Shown: positions 10,430 through 19,546 of the stretch, in pieces
Position numbering within the stretch: the first letter of the stretch is position 1
Layout: the number at the start of each line of letters is the position of its first letter
Assembly: GCA_046710535.1 (NCBI GenBank)
Contig: JBKEHH010000011.1
Location: 30,974-94,973, forward strand
Length of the DNA stretch: 64,000 bases
Origin: Pseudomonadales bacterium
GTDB taxonomy: Bacteria > Pseudomonadota > Gammaproteobacteria > Pseudomonadales > CAWVSB01
Direction of reading: 5' to 3'
The notes under the pieces: model-generated
The model's database searches: none
The model's input: the letters and a program-made list of their open reading frames with translations, nothing else
What the model was told of the DNA's origin: nothing
Program-made: the position numbers and the translations under genes

Positions 10430-12049
10430 ATGAAACAGCTTGGCGTCCTCGACTCAGCGTTTATCAACCTTGAGCAACCCAATACGCCACAACATATCGG
10501 TGGACTCGGTATTTACGACCCATCGACTGCACCAGATGGGTTTGTACGCTTTAAACAGGTTATATCAAGCTTTGAGCGCCGCTTGGCAACGATGCCACTG
10601 TTCCGTACACGTTTAGTTGAAGTGCCGGGTGGACTAGATAAACCCTACTGGGTACGAGATGAAAACTTTGATGTAGAGTTTCACTTGCGTCATATTGCCT
10701 TGCCTCACCCAGGCGACTGGCGTCAGCTATGTATTCAAGCTGCTAGGCTACATGCGCGGCCCTTAGATATGACCCGACCGTTGTGGGAGGTATATATTAT
10801 TGAAGGGCTGGATAACATTTCGAATATTCCGCAAGGAAGTTTTGCTGTCTATACCAAAATCCATCATTCGATGGTTGACGGTGCAGGCAGTCAAGGTTTT
10901 ATGGCGGCACTACATGATTTAGAGCCAGTTCCAGCTCAGCAATTTAAAGCGCTGAATACTGACGAGCAAGGAATATCTGACCGAGAACCTGCTGTCGGTG
11001 AATTATTAACCCGCGCAGTTATAAATTCAGCTAAAGATGCCGTTAGTCTGACTAAGAGTGCAGTTAATCTTACTGGTGATTTAGTTAAAATGGGTTTGGC
11101 TTTAGTGCGAGATGAAATGCCAGTACCCGAAATGTATGCCCCTAAAACTAGGCTAAATAAGCCGGTTGGACCACATCGAGTTTTTGAGTCAGCAACGTTT
11201 AAATTACTTGATTTTAAAGCCCTAAAAAATGCCACTGCAACAACGATAAATGATGTCGCTTTGTCGGTAATAGGTGGTGCAATGCGAAAGTATTTGGAGC
11301 ATTACAATGAATTACCTGATGAATCGCTAACCGCTTCATTCCCACTTAATATGCGCTCTCGCCGCAGCCAGTCTAAAGACAATAATCAGGTTGGTTCGGT
11401 ATTCGCTTCTTTGCATACCAATATTGCTGACCCTGCAGAGCGTCTGCAAGCGATTCATATAAGTACTCAGGCGGCCAAGCAGTTTGGTGAAAAAAGTCCG
11501 CTAGTTGATACCTTGAAGCTGGCGGGTATTTTCTCACCATTAGTGACTAAAGCCGCCGTAAGACTATGGTCTGAAAGTGAGATATCCAGCGCTTTGCCAA
11601 CCAATATTTCTACGGTTATATCAAATGTGCCAGGCCCCAACTTTGATTTATACTGCGCAGGAGCGAGACTGGTTAGCAATCATGGATTAGGCTTGTTAAC
11701 GCCGGGCGTTGGCATATTTCAAATGGTATACAGCTCTAGTAACATTTTTACTATTTCAGTGTTAGCCGACAGGGATATCATTCCTGATCCTGAGTTTTAT
11801 CGTCAGTGTATTGAAGAGTCTTTCGCAGAACATAAAGCGGCCATTCTCGGTAAAACTATGAACAAGACTGTGGTTAAAGGCTCAGCTAAACTAAAACCTA
11901 AAGCAAAACCTAAAGCAAAGAACTCTGTTCCAGCTGATAAAGTATCTGCTAAGAAAAAAACTTCGGTCAGAAAAGTTGTTAGAGAAAATACGTCGCTTAA
12001 AAAGAAAAAGGGGCCGCCGACTAAAGTCGTTGATAAGAAGGTTCAGTAA
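10430..12049 (+). CDS. wax ester synthase/diacylglycerol acyltransferase (WS/DGAT) with lysine-rich C-terminal tail
   Basis: Catalytic HHxxxDG motif (HHSMVDGAG). N-terminus LDSAFINLEQPNTPQHIGG is typical of WS/DGAT. 539 aa, the last ~65 strongly basic. Confidence 0.9.
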   Translation: MKQLGVLDSAFINLEQPNTPQHIGGLGIYDPSTAPDGFVRFKQVISSFERRLATMPLFRTRLVEVPGGLDKPYWVRDENFDVEFHLRHIALPHPGDWRQLCIQAARLHARPLDMTRPLWEVYIIEGLDNISNIPQGSFAVYTKIHHSMVDGAGSQGFMAALHDLEPVPAQQFKALNTDEQGISDREPAVGELLTRAVINSAKDAVSLTKSAVNLTGDLVKMGLALVRDEMPVPEMYAPKTRLNKPVGPHRVFESATFKLLDFKALKNATATTINDVALSVIGGAMRKYLEHYNELPDESLTASFPLNMRSRRSQSKDNNQVGSVFASLHTNIADPAERLQAIHISTQAAKQFGEKSPLVDTLKLAGIFSPLVTKAAVRLWSESEISSALPTNISTVISNVPGPNFDLYCAGARLVSNHGLGLLTPGVGIFQMVYSSSNIFTISVLADRDIIPDPEFYRQCIEESFAEHKAAILGKTMNKTVVKGSAKLKPKAKPKAKNSVPADKVSAKKKTSVRKVVRENTSLKKKKGPPTKVVDKKVQ

Positions 12050-12076
12050 CAGACCGTATTATGTATTAATACCTTG

Positions 12077-12853
12077 CTAGCTATCCAAACTAAATTTATC
12101 AGCATCTATATAAGCAGGGAATTTTTGTTGATAAGTAGTTTGCTCCTCAAGATCAATCGTTTGCGTGTACAGGCCTTCTTTATCGCCACAGTCTTGTACT
12201 AACTCGCCTAAATGATTGAACAGCAGTGAATCACCGCCATAACTTATATCTTTGCCATCTATGCCTACACGGTTAACCCCAATAACATGGCTCTGATTTT
12301 CAATCGCCCGTGCAAGTAGTAAATTACGCCAGTGCAGACGCCTGCGTGCTGGCCAGTTTGCCACATACAGTAGTAGATCATAATTTTGTTGGTTGCGACT
12401 CCATACGGGAAAACGTAAGTCGTAACAGACTTGTAAGTTTATACGCCAGCCGCGCCAGTTAACAATTTTAAGCTTGTTGCCAGCTTTATACCGCTCATGT
12501 TCTCCGGCCATGCTGAATAAGTGCTTTTTATCGTAATATTCCAAATTTTCGGGCGTAGCAAAAATTAATCGATTATAAATACTGCCGTTTTCTGAAATAG
12601 GGATACTGCCGGTAACAGCGCAGTTATACTTCTTTGCAGTATTTCTTAGCCACTTAACACTATTGCCATCCATGGGCTCAGCAATTTTTACGTTATCCAT
12701 GGTAAAGCCGCTGGTAAACATTTCGGGCAAAATAATCAAATCTGTTGCTGGTGCTAACCGGCTATTTAACAGCGATGTTATTTGCGCTAGATTTTCATTT
12801 GGGTTCTCCCATTGCAAATTGAGTTGGGCTAAGGAGACGGTTAGTTTTGCCAT
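12077..12853 (-). CDS. yafV: omega-amidase / carbon-nitrogen hydrolase YafV-like
   Basis: Strong resemblance to E. coli YafV (LPEMFTSGF, KKHLF, VCYDLRFPVWSRN, YVANWPA). The ATG at 12853 is preferred over the track's TTG at 12865. Confidence 0.85.
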   Translation of the reverse strand: MAKLTVSLAQLNLQWENPNENLAQITSLLNSRLAPATDLIILPEMFTSGFTMDNVKIAEPMDGNSVKWLRNTAKKYNCAVTGSIPISENGSIYNRLIFATPENLEYYDKKHLFSMAGEHERYKAGNKLKIVNWRGWRINLQVCYDLRFPVWSRNQQNYDLLLYVANWPARRRLHWRNLLLARAIENQSHVIGVNRVGIDGKDISYGGDSLLFNHLGELVQDCGDKEGLYTQTIDLEEQTTYQQKFPAYIDADKFSLDS

Positions 12854-12867
12854 AGTAAATCCCAATG

Positions 12868-14334
12868 TTATTTATCAGTGATGAAATCAATTCCAGGTGT
12901 AGCCTGCAATGCCGCAGTAAAGTTCTGTTTAATATTTAGTTCGTCCCAATTACGAAGCAGTCGGTCAATATCAAGTTTTATTGCTTTAGTGGTTTTTGCA
13001 TGGCTAGGATGTATTTGCATGGCATCTAAATCAATGATCTGAATGCCCTTTTCGGTAACAATAAAATTAGTGGCCTTCATGTCGCCGTGGCTGGTATTTG
13101 CCGTTACCAGCTGGGCGATTAAATCTGCCATCAAGCTGGGTAATTGGCCCGGATCTAGCAGGTTTGTGTCGGTAGTTGTGGATCTAGCTGCCGTTAATAA
13201 GTCTATACCATTGGCATAGTCAGTGATTAACCATGCTCGTTTTCTGATGAAGCCAAAGCGCTCTTCAACTAAGGCTACCGGTAACGGCGTGCTGATTTCG
13301 TTAAAACGTAAATAATTGCCATTGTGCCAAGCAGCCCAGCCGCGAGTAGGGCGTAAGCTGCGGCTAATTGCATGACGCCAGTTTTTGATGTTGTAGCGCT
13401 TTATTACATAAGATTTACCATTACCTTCAACTTTAACAACCGTGGCGGTATTGCCGCCTTTTAGCTGGCTGCCTTGTTCCATCCATTGGTCGACATTTTT
13501 TAGCTTGTTCAACAGTTCATCACTTAAATGGTCTTTGCGAACGATGGTAAGAATTGTATTGTTTTTAGCGACCCAAAACTCAGTACAATTACGGCTTAGT
13601 TTTTTCTTATAATGTGACCAGCGGCTCTGCTGCATACGCATAATTGCGCTAGTTAGCTCGGCTGACTTGATTATGAAGTAATCATAAATATCACCATAAA
13701 GACGGCATGCTTCAGCAATGTTAGGGCGTTTTTCTGTAGGAATTTGGGCCAATAGTAAACCTAGATTATTTAATGCTAATTTTTTACTCAATGGAGCGTT
13801 ATTATTCTTAATTGAGGCGCTATCAACTATCCATATTTTATCGTGATCATATAAAAAATTATCCAGATGGATGTCGTCTTGATATAAGCCGAGAGCATGC
13901 ATTTTTGCCACAATTTGGCAGCATCGTAATAGTAATTTTTGTTGCGCACCTATTGTCATATCTAGCATTGCTGTGGCAACACTTACTGTATCAATGTGTT
14001 CATAAACTACTAGCCAGCTCTTATAGCTATGCTGGCTGTCGACCTCCCTTAAGTGACTAACCTTTGGTGTTAAGAACCCTTTGTTTCGCAGCCATTTTTG
14101 GCCACGAATTTCACGATCATAGTCTTTTTTGCGATAAAATAACTTTCCCACAACAGTTGTGCTTGCGCGGTGTAGTTTTAGCACTAGTCGTTTTTTCGGT
14201 AGGTGGCGATAAATCTTTTGACATAGCCATAGCTCCTCTTTGTCAACATCGATGCGCAAATAGAATGGTGTGGCAGGAAGTTGGTCTGCAGTGGCTAGCT
14301 GATCGCTACTGACAATATCTATTGCTGATGCCAT
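12868..14334 (-). CDS. tandem kinase-like protein (N-terminal divergent kinase-like half plus C-terminal Kdo/WaaP-family LPS kinase domain)
   Basis: C-terminal half: YVIKRY, HGDMKATNFIV, IIDLDAM. N-terminal half: VVGKLFYRK, QDDIHLDNFLY, IVDSAS. 488 aa. Its stop lies 14 nt upstream of the yafV-like start. Confidence 0.7.
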   Translation of the reverse strand: MASAIDIVSSDQLATADQLPATPFYLRIDVDKEELWLCQKIYRHLPKKRLVLKLHRASTTVVGKLFYRKKDYDREIRGQKWLRNKGFLTPKVSHLREVDSQHSYKSWLVVYEHIDTVSVATAMLDMTIGAQQKLLLRCCQIVAKMHALGLYQDDIHLDNFLYDHDKIWIVDSASIKNNNAPLSKKLALNNLGLLLAQIPTEKRPNIAEACRLYGDIYDYFIIKSAELTSAIMRMQQSRWSHYKKKLSRNCTEFWVAKNNTILTIVRKDHLSDELLNKLKNVDQWMEQGSQLKGGNTATVVKVEGNGKSYVIKRYNIKNWRHAISRSLRPTRGWAAWHNGNYLRFNEISTPLPVALVEERFGFIRKRAWLITDYANGIDLLTAARSTTTDTNLLDPGQLPSLMADLIAQLVTANTSHGDMKATNFIVTEKGIQIIDLDAMQIHPSHAKTTKAIKLDIDRLLRNWDELNIKQNFTAALQATPGIDFITDK

Positions 14335-14514
14335 AAAAGTGGTTATTTGTTATGATTTGTTTCAATTCTAGCAAAACAAACGTAATTTGGCTTGGAACAT
14401 TTTGTCTTTATATTGATTACTATTTATAAGTTAGGAAAATATTGTCAAGTAATACCATGCAGTATTAGAAATTGGCACTATAATTATTATTAAAGAATGT
14501 AAACGAGAATTACC

Positions 14515-15012
14515 ATGAGAAAATTGCTGGTACTGTTAATGATGTTGGCCCCACTAGCGGTAGCCGCAGACCAAAAAATTTATCGCACAGAAGATAAATC
14601 TGGCCTAATACGGTTTAGTGATAGGCTGCCTACCATTGACCCAGATGCCGTTAGAATAGTCGATGCTGAGGAGATTGTGATAGACCCTGAGGTGATGAAT
14701 ACCATCCCAAGCGCTGGTTACGAGCAGGCTATAAAGATAAATGAGCTTGAGAAAAAACAGAAGGCTAAAGCAAAGGTACAGCAAGAAACTATTTTAGATG
14801 AAAAAATAGCTAGGGCTGAAGAAGTTTTAGAACAAGCAGAGCAGGCGTTAGAAAAAGGGCGAGTCAGAGGCGGCAACGACATTGTCGCTAATGTCGGCGG
14901 GGGCACACGCTCTTCTTCAGAGTTTCTGGCACGGGTAGAAAAACTCACCGCTAAAAGAGATGCAGCTGCCGCTGAACTTGAATCTCTGAATATGGGAAAG
15001 TCTAGACTTTAG
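14515..15012 (+). CDS. DUF4124-type secreted coiled-coil protein
   Basis: Signal peptide, then the YRTEDKSGLIRFSDRLP motif typical of DUF4124. Charged coiled-coil C-terminus. Confidence 0.7.
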   Translation: MRKLLVLLMMLAPLAVAADQKIYRTEDKSGLIRFSDRLPTIDPDAVRIVDAEEIVIDPEVMNTIPSAGYEQAIKINELEKKQKAKAKVQQETILDEKIARAEEVLEQAEQALEKGRVRGGNDIVANVGGGTRSSSEFLARVEKLTAKRDAAAAELESLNMGKSRL

Positions 15013-16975
15013 CTTTCGGCTCTGGCTCAGCAGTAGCTTGTTCAGCAAGTACCATTCGGATCAACTGTTTATTGGCATCAACAGATTTAATCGTTACAGC
15101 AACACTTTGTCCTAACGCATAGCTAGAGTTATCAGCCGTTAGACTCAGTTCTAAACTATTAAAATGATATTTTTCAGTTAAGGTTTTGGTCTCGAGTTGA
15201 CCTTCAATGCCGGTTTCATCAAGTCGAACACCAAGTAAGCGGTTAGTAACTTTAATTACTTTTCCATCCAGCTTTTCACCAATAAGTGTCGTCGCGAATT
15301 GCGCCTTTAACCAATTGTCAGTTTCAAAAGTTGCTGTTCTGATGATGCTCAGGGTGCTTTGCATTTGATCTATTTTAGTCGCATCAATCGGTGCAACATC
15401 TATGCCTGCGATATATTGTTTTAGCTGGCGGTGAATCAGTAAATCCTGGTAGCGTCTAATTGGTGATGTAACTGTTAGGTATTGTTCCAGCCCTAAACCT
15501 TTGTGTGCTTGTGGCTGCGGGCTGATATCGCCCCGAGCAAACATACGACGCAGTATTTCCATTAATGGCAATTCTGTTTCTGCCTTGCTTAGCTCGCGAG
15601 TAAAGCGAATAAAGCCAGCAAGTGAACCAAGTTCCTCAGTAGACCACTCTGTATCGGTGTGTTTGTTTAGCAACGTTTGTGCGTCAGTTAATCGCTCAGT
15701 GCGCAGCCCCTGATGAATACTATAAGCGCTGTCTATGTCTTTGCTTGCAAACGCTTTGGCAATAGCTGTATTGGCCGCTAGCATACATTGCTCTACTAGA
15801 GTATGCGCTACGGTTTTATTAAATTGATTAATCGATTGAATTTTGCCGTTGTCACCTAGCTGAAAGAAGTAATCTTTGCGGTCTTCATTGATAAGCTGGT
15901 TCGTCTGTCGATAGCTTAGCATTGCTTCGCTAATGGCTTGAAGTTGAGTTAGCGAATCAACAATTTCTCCGCCAAAGTCTGCTGCTTTGTTGTCTCGCAA
16001 AAAGTGAGTGACCTGTGAATAGCTGAGCTTTGCATGTGAGGTGATTGTTGCCTCAGATATATCAAGGCTATCAGTACTACCATCACTGTTGATCGTTAGG
16101 CTGAACACTAGGGCCAAGCGCTTTTGCTCAGGCACTAATGAGCATAAATCACTAGCCAGTAATTCTGGCAACATCGGTATTACTTTATGTGGAAAATAAA
16201 CAGCGCTACTGCGTTTGGCGGCAACCTTATCTAGCAACGAGCCTTCTTCAATTAACGCCGTCGGGTCTGCTATCGCTACTTTTAATAACCAGCCAGATGT
16301 GGTTTTTTCTGCAAATAGGGCATCATCCATATCAGTAGTATTGGCAGAATCAATAGTGACAAAAGGCGTTTTACTTAAATCTTTACGCTCTTTCAATAAT
16401 ATTTTTTGGCGCGCAGAAATAGCGTTTATTTCCTCCCCTACATTAGCTGGCCAATGAGTGGGTAAATCATATTTGGCAATGGCATAATTAGTTTCAATGC
16501 TAGCTTCTTTTGCGTTACCAATTATATCTAGTACTTTGCCCTGAGTTTCCCCCTCGTTTTTAAACGGATGGCGTAAAACTTTACAGCGTACTCTGTCGCC
16601 ACGTTTTGCCTTGTTGCGCTCCTTCGGTGGAATAAACACCCAGCGAGACAAGCCATTACTATCAGCTTCAACAAATAAATTTTTACCACGCTCTACCACA
16701 AAACCGTAAAACTCTTTTAGTTCGGTTTTAAATACCGCTTCAACAGTACCCGCCTCGCGACCGCCTTTATCTTTGTTAATTTCAATATCTATAATGTCGC
16801 CGGGTAGCACTTTGGCCATTTCATCGGGCGCTAAAAACACCTGCTTATTGTCTTCGCATTTTACAAAGCCAAAATTGGCACGCGAAGGGATAACCTGGCC
16901 ACGTTTAACATTTCTAGCGGTGCGAATTTCTTGCTTTAGCTGTTTGAGTGCACCAAGAGTTTCATTGTTCAACAT
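15002..16975 (-). CDS. rnb: exoribonuclease II
   Basis: 657 aa. N-terminal cold-shock-like region (FGFVKCEDNKQVFL), RNB motif TIDSANTTDMDDALF, C-terminal S1 domain. Colinear with E. coli RNase II. Confidence 0.9.
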   Translation of the reverse strand: MLNNETLGALKQLKQEIRTARNVKRGQVIPSRANFGFVKCEDNKQVFLAPDEMAKVLPGDIIDIEINKDKGGREAGTVEAVFKTELKEFYGFVVERGKNLFVEADSNGLSRWVFIPPKERNKAKRGDRVRCKVLRHPFKNEGETQGKVLDIIGNAKEASIETNYAIAKYDLPTHWPANVGEEINAISARQKILLKERKDLSKTPFVTIDSANTTDMDDALFAEKTTSGWLLKVAIADPTALIEEGSLLDKVAAKRSSAVYFPHKVIPMLPELLASDLCSLVPEQKRLALVFSLTINSDGSTDSLDISEATITSHAKLSYSQVTHFLRDNKAADFGGEIVDSLTQLQAISEAMLSYRQTNQLINEDRKDYFFQLGDNGKIQSINQFNKTVAHTLVEQCMLAANTAIAKAFASKDIDSAYSIHQGLRTERLTDAQTLLNKHTDTEWSTEELGSLAGFIRFTRELSKAETELPLMEILRRMFARGDISPQPQAHKGLGLEQYLTVTSPIRRYQDLLIHRQLKQYIAGIDVAPIDATKIDQMQSTLSIIRTATFETDNWLKAQFATTLIGEKLDGKVIKVTNRLLGVRLDETGIEGQLETKTLTEKYHFNSLELSLTADNSSYALGQSVAVTIKSVDANKQLIRMVLAEQATAEPEPKAKV

Positions 16976-17146
16976 TTATACAGGCTCTATTACGTAAAAA
17001 GGGGCATATTCCAGCAGACAAAGGAGAGGTTTAGACTGCCATATAGCTAACTAATGATAAAAATATAAGCAAAGGTTCGGTTTAAGAATTGCAGGCGAAC
17101 TGCTAGCATTGAGCTTGTTTTAATAGTGTCTAATGAGTGACTTGGC

Positions 17147-17734
17147 TTGGATAATAGTGATGACAATGAGTTATTTGGTGCAGAGATGGGCGATGTTCGA
17201 CCCCTGCAAACCAACAACAAGGCAAAACTAGCCAAACTCGCAAGCACCGATGCTAGTTTGCAGCGGCGGCGGGTCGCTGCCACTCAGCTTGCGGGCGAGG
17301 ATGAAAATTATCTGTCGTCAGAATTCACTCATCCGTTAAAAGCTGGCGATATCATTGATTTTAAGCGCCCCGGTATGCAACACGGTGTATTGAAGAAGTT
17401 TCGCTTAGGGTATTACACTATTGAAGGGTCTTTAGGTTTGCATCAAATGAAGGTGGAGCAGGCACGCGAGGAAGTGTTTGAATTTATCCAAGAATGTTCA
17501 AACTATGGGCTACGAACCGTGTTAATTACCCATGGGAAAGGTACGCGCAGTATTGACAAGGTTGCAGTGTTAAAAAGCTGTGTTGCCCAGTGGTTGCCGC
17601 AAATGCGTAATGTATTAGCTGTACATAGTGCTCAGCCTCATCATGGTGGTAGCGGTAGCGTCTATATTATGTTGAAAAAAAGCGCTAAGGATAAACTGGC
17701 TAATCGAGAAAAAAATGCCAAAGGTAAGCGCTAA
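17147..17734 (+). CDS. smrB: Smr-domain endonuclease SmrB
   Basis: Smr domain (LGLHQMKVEQAREEV...ITHGKG...) with an N-terminal layout like E. coli SmrB. The track start is TTG, so the exact start is uncertain. Confidence 0.75.
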   Translation: MDNSDDNELFGAEMGDVRPLQTNNKAKLAKLASTDASLQRRRVAATQLAGEDENYLSSEFTHPLKAGDIIDFKRPGMQHGVLKKFRLGYYTIEGSLGLHQMKVEQAREEVFEFIQECSNYGLRTVLITHGKGTRSIDKVAVLKSCVAQWLPQMRNVLAVHSAQPHHGGSGSVYIMLKKSAKDKLANREKNAKGKR

Positions 17735-18429
17735 TTAATAGTGCTGCTGACTGCATGATGTGGCACGCGCCACTCCTGGATGCCCAAACCTTTAGCAACA
17801 GCGATAGTAAAAGTAAGTTTGTTACAGCGCTTGACTAAACCTTGGTAGCTGGTACCTGCATGGTCAAATTGTACTTGGCTGCCACGGTGATATTGCTGCG
17901 CGGTAGTGATCGCAAATTCTTGGTGGCTATTAAAGGTCATTGGTAACTGATAAAGGCCAGCGTGCTCAGCTAAGGCTTCGTTGACGGTAGCGCCATAGCC
18001 ATGATGATAAATGTCATCAAGCAGGTGATAGAATAGGGCATTGTGAACTTTGGTATTTCGACGTTTTCTTGTCTGATCACATTCAAACTGTAGAATATGG
18101 GCAAATTCATGGCATACAGTGTGGCTGAGTAAATTTAGATAACTGATGTTGCCATCAAAATATCTTCGGTCGGCGATTTCTCGACTGGTTAACCAACCAC
18201 TGCATAAATTGGCATCACGTTTATCCATAATCATGCCTAGGCCGTAGGTAATGGAATAACTGCTCTGATATTTTCTGCAATAGGTAGCTTTACCACTGCC
18301 AACCCGGGTTTTTAAGTTGATATTGGCTAGGCTGAAGTTTGGTAGTTCAGCGCTATAGTAGTCTTGAAATATTTGCTGGGTAAGCTGCCCCATCAATGTG
18401 GCAACGGCATGTGCTTGTTCTGATGTCAC
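17731..18429 (-). CDS. putative zinc metallopeptidase, SprT-like
   Basis: HExxH motif (VCHEFAHILQ) followed by a downstream His (KVHNALFYH). 232 aa with an unassigned ~70 aa C-terminal domain. Confidence 0.55.
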   Translation of the reverse strand: MTSEQAHAVATLMGQLTQQIFQDYYSAELPNFSLANINLKTRVGSGKATYCRKYQSSYSITYGLGMIMDKRDANLCSGWLTSREIADRRYFDGNISYLNLLSHTVCHEFAHILQFECDQTRKRRNTKVHNALFYHLLDDIYHHGYGATVNEALAEHAGLYQLPMTFNSHQEFAITTAQQYHRGSQVQFDHAGTSYQGLVKRCNKLTFTIAVAKGLGIQEWRVPHHAVSSTIN

Positions 18430-18468
18430 TAATCGTTTAGCTCTTAATGTATGTATTCGTTGGGTTAA

Positions 18469-18906
18469 TTATGCCGCATCATCTTCTTCAGATGGAGGGA
18501 ATTTTTCTTGCAGCAGCTGGGCTAATTTCAAGCAGGCATCATGACTAGTGAAAATCCCTACCGGCGCTCCATCTTTAGCAGCAATTATTGCTTTGATCCG
18601 TAGCTCTACCATTCGTAGCAGTACTTTATCCAGTGGGTCATTAACATCGCTAAAGCAGGCAGGGGTAGAGCTAATGTCGCCGACTCGCAGTTGCTCATAG
18701 GGTTGCACCCGATGTCCTACCAGTTTTACACGATTTAAGTCTTGGCTAGAAATAATGCTTTCAACAACGCCGTCGATAACTACTGGCAAGTGGTGAATAT
18801 CATGTTCCAGCATTAATTGTTCGGCTTTAGTAATGCTTTCTTTGCCATCAATGGTTTGTGGGAAAGGTGTCATCACCGCGATCATAGTGGGCATTATCTT
18901 AGTCAT
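18469..18906 (-). CDS. CBS domain pair protein
   Basis: 145 aa. Two CBS-like repeats (HDIHHLPVV..., IKAIIAAKDGAPVGIFTSHD). Confidence 0.8.
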   Translation of the reverse strand: MTKIMPTMIAVMTPFPQTIDGKESITKAEQLMLEHDIHHLPVVIDGVVESIISSQDLNRVKLVGHRVQPYEQLRVGDISSTPACFSDVNDPLDKVLLRMVELRIKAIIAAKDGAPVGIFTSHDACLKLAQLLQEKFPPSEEDDAA

Positions 18907-18941
18907 TCTTTTTCCTATTATGGCGACATAACAGTGCAGAG

Positions 18942-19400
18942 TTAACTGATAAGAATATCTTTTGCCTTGTTCAACTGCACAGCTAGGTATTCACTGCCAC
19001 CTTTATCAGGGTGACATTTCTGGATTAAACGGCGATGCGCTTGGATAATATCTTCTTCGCTGGCGCCTTCCTGCAAACCTAAAACCTCTAAGGCGTGTTC
19101 GCGGGTACTTGGCATATCGCTGTCTGGGCTCTGCGTAGCAGCTTGTTTCTTACCTAATAGTCTTGGCACATATTGTGCTAGCCAAGGCAGTGAAGTTTTT
19201 AAACCAGCAAACAAAGTTGCAATAGCTGCGCCAATCCAGTGTAACTTGCCCATTGCTACAAGTAGCAAGGACAACACAACCAGTAAAATCCCCCCAGCTT
19301 GCCATAGTTTTTTCTTGTTGTCGGGGCTAGGTTTTTTAAGCAATTGATAGCCAATGTAAATAGCTAGAACAACGGCAACGAATAAAATAAGTCTCGGCAT
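18942..19400 (-). CDS. membrane-anchored J-domain protein
   Basis: Two N-terminal TM helices and a C-terminal J domain with an HPD motif (CHPDKGGS). Confidence 0.8.
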   Translation of the reverse strand: MPRLILFVAVVLAIYIGYQLLKKPSPDNKKKLWQAGGILLVVLSLLLVAMGKLHWIGAAIATLFAGLKTSLPWLAQYVPRLLGKKQAATQSPDSDMPSTREHALEVLGLQEGASEEDIIQAHRRLIQKCHPDKGGSEYLAVQLNKAKDILIS

Positions 19401-19546
19401 GATATGGGTCTTTACTAATCTCGTTTATCAGATGAAATTTCATGTTAGCAGTAATGACTCTTGGCGCAATCGGTTTGTTTATCTAAGCGCCATATTAAGG
19501 TTAAATATACTCAGAATAAGTATGGATAGATCATCAGGCCAAATTT

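Noticed and set aside
14473-14487. TGGCAC-N5-TTAT resembling a sigma-54 -24/-12 promoter upstream of the DUF4124 gene.
   Set aside because: The essential GC of the -12 element is absent. The overlapping TATAAT (14479-14484) is more simply a sigma-70 -10 box, although I could not find a convincing -35.
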